DNA of 53,321 nt. Origin: a virus (Duplodnaviria; Caudoviricetes). The first letter of the stretch is position 1; every line of letters begins with the position of its first letter. This document shows, piece by piece, positions 1 to 6,644 of the stretch. Where the stretch lies: positions 1-53,321 of the IMG/VR virus record IMGVR_UViG_3300031463_000010. One strand, given 5' to 3'. The notes beneath the pieces were generated by a model. The model made no database searches. It saw only the letters and a list, made by a program, of their open reading frames with translations, and was not told where the DNA came from. Both the position numbers and the translations under genes were made by a program.

Positions 1-5
1 CTGGG

Positions 6-884
6 ATGCTGTCCCATTTCCAGGCATCATCGGCGTACAACAGAGTTGAGATATACGCGCGGGGAGCTACGCTCAACAAAAATGCGGTCTCGATCAGAAC
101 TGTCACTGCAGGCGGCACGGTTCTCTCGTCTGTTGAGGTCCTGGGAGAAGGCCCAGCACGCGTTGAAGTATACCCAAGTCTGATGGTCTCCGGTGGCATC
201 AACGTAGGCAGCGCTACCGGGGCAGGTACAGGACAGGTGAAGACGAGCGGTGACATTACGGTCTCCGGTGGTATCAACGTGGGAAGTGCTACCGGGGCTG
301 GCACAGGACAGGTGAAGGCGAGCAGTGACATTACGGCCTCCGGTGGTATCAACGTGGGAAGTGCCACCGGGGCCAGCACGGGTCAGGTGCGGGCGAGCGG
401 TAGTATACTCAGCGCCGGTGGCATCGCGGCTGGGAGTTCATCACAGTCTGTCAGCACAGGCAATGTCTGGTTCACAGGTACGCTACAGTCGTACAAAGGT
501 GGTACAGCATATACCGTCTATGGGTACGTTCCATTATCTACAGTACTCACCCATGACAGTCTCAATGAAGACCCGATAAATGCTGGAAACTACACCATCG
601 GACACTCAGGAAGTTCTGCAACATATAAATTTGGGTTCCCATCTAGTGCCAAGGCAATCATGGTACGACTCGCTGGGAAGTGGAGTTCTGCCAATGACTC
701 TTATGCAGCGTACATGTGTTATACATCAGGGGCGGTTGGTGTACTCATTCGTGCTGAGGTAGCTAACATCTGGGATGACAACTTCGGGCCTGTAATGCTC
801 GACAGCAACGGTATGTGTGAGCTCAAAGTTGTTGGCGCAAATATGTTGGCGATATACGTGGGGATAATAGGTTACTTCATATAA
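6..884 (+). CDS. Tail fibre, C-terminal part (probably 5'-truncated by the window edge)
   Basis: Gly/Ser/Thr-rich, with 25-aa repeats (VSGGINVGSATGAGTGQVKTSGDIT) and a C-terminal beta-rich domain ending IIGYFI. The frame is open back to the window start and precedes the lysis genes. Confidence 0.75.
   Translation: MLSHFQASSAYNRVEIYARGATLNKNAVSIRTVTAGGTVLSSVEVLGEGPARVEVYPSLMVSGGINVGSATGAGTGQVKTSGDITVSGGINVGSATGAGTGQVKASSDITASGGINVGSATGASTGQVRASGSILSAGGIAAGSSSQSVSTGNVWFTGTLQSYKGGTAYTVYGYVPLSTVLTHDSLNEDPINAGNYTIGHSGSSATYKFGFPSSAKAIMVRLAGKWSSANDSYAAYMCYTSGAVGVLIRAEVANIWDDNFGPVMLDSNGMCELKVVGANMLAIYVGIIGYFI
186..480 (+). repeat. 75-bp coding tandem repeat (3 near-identical copies plus 1 degenerate)
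   Basis: Units start at 186, 261, 336 and 411, each with a TCCGGTGGYATCAACGTRGG-type core (degenerate in the fourth). Confidence 0.9.
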
Positions 885-997
885 TAAACAAGAGGAGAGC
901 AATGTTCTTCGGACATCCTAGGGAAGAGCACCGCTATTGCAAGACGTGTCAGCGCACGACGCTGCACAGAGGTTGAAGTGTTGGAGAGGGAGCATCT

Positions 998-1192
998 ATG
1001 CGCGTGTATCACAAAGAAGGTACTGAAATCACCACGCCGGACGGGAGGGTGGTGCGCCATCGCGTAGCCTTAGAGCGCATGGCGCGGCATCATCGGACGC
1101 AGAACTGTGAGAACCGCTACAGGGAGCGCATTTGGTTCAGCACACATTGTCCTCAACCATCACTCACTTTATGCTTACAGGAGGTCGCATGA
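998..1192 (+). CDS. Hypothetical protein
   Basis: GGAG-rich RBS; ATGA overlap with the next gene. Confidence 0.4.
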   Translation: MRVYHKEGTEITTPDGRVVRHRVALERMARHHRTQNCENRYRERIWFSTHCPQPSLTLCLQEVA

Positions 1193-1542
1193 AGTTACAG
1201 GATTTGGTCACAGCCGAACAACCTATAGCGCGGTTGATGGAGCAGAAGATGTCCGCCCTCACTGCCTACCGCCTGGCTTTGATTGCGCGTCAGATGGAGC
1301 CCTATCTTGAGGCGTTCAAGAAACAGCGCCTGGAGATTGCACGACGTTATGGCGAGGAGAGGGACGGACAGGTGACCGTGCCACCAGAAAGGGTGACAGA
1401 ATTCTTGAATGAGATGCAACCCATTCTCGATGAGGAAGTGGAGATAAAATTCCGTCCTATATCCCCGAAGGACATAGACGGACAGATTTCACCACAGGAC
1501 ATCTACAGCCTCTGGTGGCTGTTCGACAATGAGGGTGAGTGA
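1189..1542 (+). CDS. Hypothetical phage protein following the tail fibre
   Basis: AGGAGG RBS before ATG 1189 (MKLQDLV...); helical, acidic C-terminus. Confidence 0.65.
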   Translation: MKLQDLVTAEQPIARLMEQKMSALTAYRLALIARQMEPYLEAFKKQRLEIARRYGEERDGQVTVPPERVTEFLNEMQPILDEEVEIKFRPISPKDIDGQISPQDIYSLWWLFDNEGE

Positions 1543-1603
1543 CGACGTCAGGTAAATTTTCGTAACAGAAGATATAAATAAACAACATCACAGTCAACGT
1601 GCT

Positions 1604-1894
1604 ATGAGAACAACACAGACGATGGTCGAACTTGCAAATATCAGAGAGCAACTCAACCAGATCGATAGCCGTCTCGCGCGTGTCGAGACATTGATGTCCG
1701 TGCATAACTCTACGTGCCCTTACCGCGAGGATATTGCACGCGCGCGCAACAATAATGACCGCATAAAGACGTTGGAAGAACAAATCAACGACATGCGCTT
1801 GACATCGGCACGCAATGGTGCAATGTTCGGCGGTGTTGTGGCATTAATATCGAACGTATTACCAACACTGTTGCGTGCCATAGGTATTATATGA
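1604..1894 (+). CDS. Holin-like/membrane protein (coiled coil plus C-terminal TM helix)
   Basis: Coiled coil followed by hydrophobic GAMFGGVVALISNVLPTLL; lies directly upstream of the endolysin. Confidence 0.55.
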   Translation: MRTTQTMVELANIREQLNQIDSRLARVETLMSVHNSTCPYREDIARARNNNDRIKTLEEQINDMRLTSARNGAMFGGVVALISNVLPTLLRAIGII

Positions 1895-1909
1895 CTGGAG
1901 GTATATGTT

Positions 1910-3565
1910 ATGGTAACCAACACGTTGCTCTGCATGCACTGGGCGCCGATGCATGCCGGACAGCAGGACGACAACTTTGCTATAAGGCTCAGCCCTCCGG
2001 TGATAAAGATAATGTTCTCCGGGGAGACAGTACGACGTGCCGATGTAGCACTGCAGGCAGCACAGAAGCTGCTCGTACTCAGAAACTATGAGATCAGTGA
2101 GAATCTCAAATGGGGTGGGCGCGGTCTGCGTGACCGCAAGCATGCACTTGAGATAGCCGACCGCCATTCCGATGAGTGGTTGCGCATCCTGAGCAAGAAC
2201 AATTTATGGGATGATAAGTTGGCCGTCGAGGGTCTCAACGAGCCTCGAGTGTGGGCAGATGAGCCACCCGAGCTGTCTGCTGCGTATTACGCACGGCTGA
2301 CGGCAAATATGGCATCATCGCGCGTGCGCGTCGTTGCGTTAAACCTTGGCGTGGGATGGCCTGGGAACGGACAACCACAAGAGCCGCCCGATTCACCGCC
2401 GATATGGAATCCATTCATCGAAACTATCGAAGCGATCTGGAAGTACAAAGGATTCCTGGGACTGCACGAATACTGGTATGTCAACGGCCCGCAGGAAAAC
2501 TGGGGATGGTGGGCAGGACGTTTCCGCGCCTGTCCATGGGACGTGCCAATCATCATCACCGAGTGTGGGATCGACAGCCATGTCGTTCCAGGAGGCGACT
2601 ATTATGGCTGGCAGGGCATGGGGCGCCCGGATAAGGCGCAAGTATATCTCTCACAGCTGGCGGCGTATGAAGCACAGTTGGTAGCGGATGGCCGTGTAAT
2701 CGGGGCCACAATATTTACCTACGACTTCGAAGACAACCATTGGGCTACCTATTGCACACGCCCTGTGGAGTTCACGACACTGTGGCTAGCACATGCACAA
2801 AAGGTTCGCGATGGACTTTATGTAAATAACCCACCAAGCCCATGGCCGCTGCCTCGGTATAGCAAGCCAATATGGAAACCAAACGCACCGGCAGGTGTTC
2901 CACTGGCAAAGCATCTGTGGCCGGAAGGAGGGACACCAGTGCAGCCACAACCACAACCACAACCACAACCACAGCCACAAGACGTGTGGGGAAGTATTGA
3001 GATCACCAGATGGAAGGAGCTGTGTGAGAAGTATGGGAAACAATACAACATCGATCCAAGGATATTAGGAACGTTGATCGCGTTAGAGAGCAACGGTGAT
3101 CCCAACGCCATAAGCCCATCAGGCGCGGTGGGACTCATGCAGGTAATGCCACGCGACGCCGGACAGCAATTTGCTAACCGTCCGACGAAACAAGAGTTGC
3201 TCGATCCTGACGTCAATGTACAGACCGGCACGTCAATACTGGCGTCAAACCTGGCTGCCAACGATAATAAACTGTTCCCCGCATTAGCAGAGTATTACGG
3301 AGGCCCTGCCGCCGCTAAGAACATGAAGAGTGAAGCCGCACAAACATATCTATCGAGGTTCGTTAAGCAGTGGCTCAGACTGTGGGGCACGACGCCCCCC
3401 ATAGAGACCACAATCAGTCGCGATACGGTTGTGCATGCACGCTGGTGGTCGGAAGAGGCGACACGGAAGTTGGAGAGCGCATTAGAGCTGATAAGGGAGG
3501 CTCGTCGCGAGCTGGTAGAAGAAGTAACAACGAATCTTTACGACGTTGAAAGCGCAGTCGACTAG
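1910..3565 (+). CDS. Endolysin: TIM-barrel glycoside-hydrolase-like domain, PQ linker, SLT lytic transglycosylase
   Basis: GLNEP / LHEYW / IIITECG clan GH-A-like motifs; QPQPQP linker; SLT motifs ALESNGDPNAISPSGAVGLMQVMP and YYGG; GGAGG RBS. Confidence 0.85.
   Translation: MVTNTLLCMHWAPMHAGQQDDNFAIRLSPPVIKIMFSGETVRRADVALQAAQKLLVLRNYEISENLKWGGRGLRDRKHALEIADRHSDEWLRILSKNNLWDDKLAVEGLNEPRVWADEPPELSAAYYARLTANMASSRVRVVALNLGVGWPGNGQPQEPPDSPPIWNPFIETIEAIWKYKGFLGLHEYWYVNGPQENWGWWAGRFRACPWDVPIIITECGIDSHVVPGGDYYGWQGMGRPDKAQVYLSQLAAYEAQLVADGRVIGATIFTYDFEDNHWATYCTRPVEFTTLWLAHAQKVRDGLYVNNPPSPWPLPRYSKPIWKPNAPAGVPLAKHLWPEGGTPVQPQPQPQPQPQPQDVWGSIEITRWKELCEKYGKQYNIDPRILGTLIALESNGDPNAISPSGAVGLMQVMPRDAGQQFANRPTKQELLDPDVNVQTGTSILASNLAANDNKLFPALAEYYGGPAAAKNMKSEAAQTYLSRFVKQWLRLWGTTPPIETTISRDTVVHARWWSEEATRKLESALELIREARRELVEEVTTNLYDVESAVD
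2942..2980 (+). repeat. CA(A/G)CCA hexamer repeat encoding the QP linker
   Basis: cagccacaaccacaaccacaaccacaaccacagccacaa. Confidence 0.9.
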
Positions 3566-3571
3566 CTGGGT

Positions 3572-4387
3572 ATGGAAGCGTTTCGCGTAGGAGTGATTGC
3601 AGACGTACATGTCGGTTCTATGTTCGGCATATGGCCGCCGGACATGCGCACGTCCAGTGGAGGGCTATACAAACTCAACCGTGGTCAGGAGTATCTATGG
3701 GAGAACTGGCTACGCATTGCAGAGGAAATACCCCCGCTGGACGTGTTGATATGGAATGGGGATATAGTAGACGGGAAACAACCAAAGGAAGGCGTTCGTT
3801 TCGTATTGGAGACGGACATAATCCACCAGGCAAAAGCCTTCCTTGAGGCGGCCAGACCGTTCCAGAAGAAGGTTGTTGGTGTGACCTATGTGACAAGGGG
3901 GTCGCGCTACCACGACGTTGAGGATTCCGCAACAGAGATGATTGCGTATACATTGAATGCACGCCAGAACGTTCATGGATGTTACAGCCATGACTGGTTG
4001 CTGTTCGAGACGTGCGGGCTCCTATTCGATGTGGCACATTCCCAGTCGGTAATGATGCGCTACATCACCACACCATTGGAACGTGAAGGCCAGTTCAGTG
4101 ACATGGCAGGGCTGCATGCCGATGTGATCGTGCGCTCGCACAGCCACCAGATGTTGATATCGTACATCGAAGGGGCAAACCGTGCTCCCTTGCGCGCCGA
4201 GATATCCACACCAGCATGGCAGCTTGAGACGTCCTATGTCATGCGCAGGAACACTCCAAACCGTGGTGTGCGCCGCAACCTTGGTATGGTTGTCATTGAG
4301 GTAGCAGATGGGTTCCCGCGTGCCATACCTTATGTGTTTCCGCATCCGCTTCCAGAGCGCATAGCGATCGATGAGTTGGAGGAATGA
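3572..4387 (+). CDS. Calcineurin-like metallophosphoesterase
   Basis: ADVHVG, NGDIVDG, GSRYH, AH and SHSH metal-binding motifs in the canonical order. Confidence 0.8.
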   Translation: MEAFRVGVIADVHVGSMFGIWPPDMRTSSGGLYKLNRGQEYLWENWLRIAEEIPPLDVLIWNGDIVDGKQPKEGVRFVLETDIIHQAKAFLEAARPFQKKVVGVTYVTRGSRYHDVEDSATEMIAYTLNARQNVHGCYSHDWLLFETCGLLFDVAHSQSVMMRYITTPLEREGQFSDMAGLHADVIVRSHSHQMLISYIEGANRAPLRAEISTPAWQLETSYVMRRNTPNRGVRRNLGMVVIEVADGFPRAIPYVFPHPLPERIAIDELEE

Positions 4388-4653
4388 TGCAAGACCCGGA
4401 CTTTACGATGAAGGATTTGCTGATAGAGATTTTACAGCAACAATATCTTGATACCGGTGGAGGTGTGAGTGTAGAAGAGATTGCAGATCAACTCGGATGT
4501 AGCAGTGCATGGGTGCACAAACGTCTAAGGAAGCTGGCAAAGGGTGGTAAGTTAGTGGTGCGCTTCCAAACGCGCACGAGATCGGATGGAAGGCCATGCA
4601 AAGTGCCTGTGTACTCATTAAAAGGTGATTCTGAGGTATTGACAAGTTCATGA
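4384..4653 (+). CDS. Winged-HTH DNA-binding protein
   Basis: VSVEEIADQLGCSSAWVHKRLRKL followed by the wing GRPCKVPVY; ATGA coupling to the upstream gene. Confidence 0.75.
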   Translation: MMQDPDFTMKDLLIEILQQQYLDTGGGVSVEEIADQLGCSSAWVHKRLRKLAKGGKLVVRFQTRTRSDGRPCKVPVYSLKGDSEVLTSS

Positions 4654-4667
4654 TTTTGTGTTACAAT
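4639..4667 (+). promoter_or_regulatory. Sigma70-type promoter
   Basis: TTGACA (4639-4644), 17 nt, TACAAT (4662-4667), with an extended -10 TG. Confidence 0.75.
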
Positions 4668-4714
4668 AGCAGCAAAACCTGGTGAGGAGGTGCTATTGTA
4701 ACATGGTGGGAAGG

Positions 4715-4936
4715 ATGAGAGACAATAAGACACGCTACATGTCGTGGAGGCTCACTGAGGAGCAATACAGAGTCGTGGATAAGGTCGCAAAGCTGTTGGA
4801 AGGAAATCACTCAATGGCGCTGCGCTTCATCATTAACGACTTCGCACGACGCCATGGCATGTTGGATGACAGTGACATTGACCTTGGCGTAAGTTTGGAG
4901 GAAGAAAATGGAATACTACACAAAGCCTTGGTATAA
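4715..4936 (+). CDS. Small ribbon-helix-helix-like DNA-binding protein
   Basis: TRYMSWRLTEEQY...NHSMALRFII fits a beta-alpha-alpha pattern; exact start uncertain. Confidence 0.5.
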   Translation: MRDNKTRYMSWRLTEEQYRVVDKVAKLLEGNHSMALRFIINDFARRHGMLDDSDIDLGVSLEEENGILHKALV

Positions 4937-5102
4937 GAGCAAGACCATTTGGTTCTTTCTACTGTTCCTGGCAGTATCGGTGGCGAACTTGTTCGGGTAC
5001 AGCGCTTACAGCCCCGATCCACAGACACAGGAGATCATCAACATCGCTGTAGCAATTGTGGGGATCATATTGCGTGCGGTCAGCAGTAAGGGGATTTCGT
5101 GA
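4908..5102 (+). CDS. Holin-like protein (2 TM)
   Basis: KPWYKSKTIW N-terminus and two hydrophobic segments; GGAGG RBS. Confidence 0.7.
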   Translation: MEYYTKPWYKSKTIWFFLLFLAVSVANLFGYSAYSPDPQTQEIINIAVAIVGIILRAVSSKGIS

Positions 5103-5103
5103 G

Positions 5104-5340
5104 ATGGTGAAAAAGTGGGCACAGAAAGTCGACCTTGATGAGGGAAGCCTGACAGCGCTGGGGTGGCCAAGTGCGTCCAAGATTGCAGGGAAAATATCGA
5201 GTGGTAAGGTAACCTATAAAGAGGCCATCCAGAAGCTCGTGTTCATCGCAAATGTGAGCGGAAGGAAGAACCCAGAGCTGGCAAAGAGGGCAAGGGCTAT
5301 CATCGCAACACTGCGCAGGCAATTTGGTAAAGAGGACTAG
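5104..5340 (+). CDS. Small basic hypothetical protein
   Basis: ATG 1 nt after the holin stop codon; Lys/Arg-rich. Confidence 0.55.
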   Translation: MVKKWAQKVDLDEGSLTALGWPSASKIAGKISSGKVTYKEAIQKLVFIANVSGRKNPELAKRARAIIATLRRQFGKED

Positions 5341-5359
5341 GGAGTTTCCCTAGTCCTCT
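5331..5359. terminator. Perfect hairpin at the convergence of the two transcription arms
   Basis: AGAGGACTAGGGA-GTT-TCCCTAGTCCTCT; contains both convergent stop codons; no U-tract. Confidence 0.65.
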
Positions 5360-5559
5360 ACATATTCACAAAATGCAGGCCCGCCGCTGTTCACACTGAC
5401 ACGGCATGGGTCAAGGCGCGTGCATTTCTCACACGGAACGTACCGCCGTAACCTTCCGACATCCTCTATCCTGATACGAGCCCTAGGCTTGCGTCCATGT
5501 TCCACATTCCCTTCATTGTTGATCAGCTCAATCAGTTCGCATACGAGCGTGCCACTCAT
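5350..5559 (-). CDS. Small Cys-rich hypothetical protein coupled to the Tas gene
   Basis: ATGA overlap with the 5556..6341 stop; CEKC...C...C motif. Confidence 0.6.
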   Translation of the reverse strand: MSGTLVCELIELINNEGNVEHGRKPRARIRIEDVGRLRRYVPCEKCTRLDPCRVSVNSGGPAFCEYVED

Positions 5560-6341
5560 ACATACTCAACTCCTGTGTGTCCTAGGACTGCTTGGACATA
5601 TGGAGGCGTGACCGGAAGTCCCTCGCATTCCCTCCATTTGACCCATAGGTTACATAGGAAAATCTTTATCATAGCACGCATTGCCATCATGTGGATGTGA
5701 CCATCCGTGTACTTATGACGGTGCTTCTTCCCAGTACACGCGCTTGCTGGCCTGTTGCATTGTTCACACCACGGCGATCGGTACTTGTTGTGTATGCGCT
5801 CTTTGTAATCGTAGTAGAAACTTACCCATGGCTCTGTCTGGCTGCGTAGGAACTGCTGGCCTATAAGGTAGCATGTGGACTTCAGCGTGTTATTGTAATG
5901 CATCGGCTCTCCAGCCCTCCGGTACTCGCGCTTCCCATCCACGACAGCATATCCGGCGTAGCGCCACAGCGCAGACACTGTCCTGAACTTGCCAATATCG
6001 TCTATTTGTGCGAGCAGCTGGGCTGCAATACCACCAGCGCGCAGTCCATTGAACTGAGTTATCCACGGCCACACTGCGATCTCAGACGCCGCGTTGATCA
6101 TGCTCTCCCGTGCATACTCGACTGCGTCCTCCAGGTTTAAGCGCTTGATCATTGCAGCCTCAAACTCGGCTTCCAGTGCACACGCCCCCCGCTCGACCGC
6201 ACTAATGCGTGCCTTGTGCGCCATCAGCATCCGGTACAGTTCGCGCCAGAAGCTGAATGCCTGGAACAGCTGCGCATGCTTCCTTGGTTTTAGTCTGCGT
6301 GATGTACTGACGTTTGCGTTAGGTAGAAGTTCTTCTTCCAT
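5556..6341 (-). CDS. tasA: TIGR-associated TasA-like protein (IS110/Nop-domain RNA-binding protein, no nuclease domain)
   Basis: N-terminal coiled coil; GLRAGGIAAQLLAQIDDIGKFRTVSALWRYAGY and HIHMMAMRAMIKIFL match the IS110 C-terminal/Nop fold; no DEDD RuvC or HNH domain and no IS110 catalytic SG loop; AAGGAGG RBS; the array lies immediately upstream. Confidence 0.8.
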   Translation of the reverse strand: MEEELLPNANVSTSRRLKPRKHAQLFQAFSFWRELYRMLMAHKARISAVERGACALEAEFEAAMIKRLNLEDAVEYARESMINAASEIAVWPWITQFNGLRAGGIAAQLLAQIDDIGKFRTVSALWRYAGYAVVDGKREYRRAGEPMHYNNTLKSTCYLIGQQFLRSQTEPWVSFYYDYKERIHNKYRSPWCEQCNRPASACTGKKHRHKYTDGHIHMMAMRAMIKIFLCNLWVKWRECEGLPVTPPYVQAVLGHTGVEYV

Positions 6342-6372
6342 CTTTACCTCCTTCCGTACTTGTTATGTAATA

Positions 6373-6633
6373 TTATTCGCACTCCCTCAGCGGTCGTCAC
6401 GTGGCGCGTGGCTCGCATGTGCGTCCTGGGTTCCATAAGCTCTTAGGCTCGCATACAAGATGTGGGTTCCATCCTTGTTATGGCTCGCACAAACCATCCG
6501 GTTTTCACACCTCCCTGGCTGCAACGCGCTGCGCGAGCTCCATCATGCTCTACGACACGCACTGTGTCGATGGGTTTCATGGCCGCTATGGCTCGCATGG
6601 AGGAGGTGGGTTCCACTCCCGTCTTGGCTCGCA
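6373..6633 (-). ncRNA. TIGR-type dual-spacer guide RNA array (7 x 36 nt)
   Basis: On the - strand, edge repeat TGCGAGCCA and loop repeat TG(G/A)AACCCA alternate with variable ~9-nt spacers. Edge repeats start (+ coordinates) at 6373, 6409, 6445, 6481, 6516, 6553, 6589 and 6625. Confidence 0.88.
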
Positions 6634-6644
6634 TAGCACCGGCA

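Noticed and set aside
5556-6341. IS110 insertion sequence / active transposase
   Set aside because: Lacks the N-terminal DEDD RuvC domain and the catalytic Ser loop; the gene is coupled into the phage operon with no sign of element ends.
6373-6633. CRISPR array
   Set aside because: Repeats are 9 nt and of two alternating kinds with ~9-nt spacers; no cas1/cas2 or effector genes are present.
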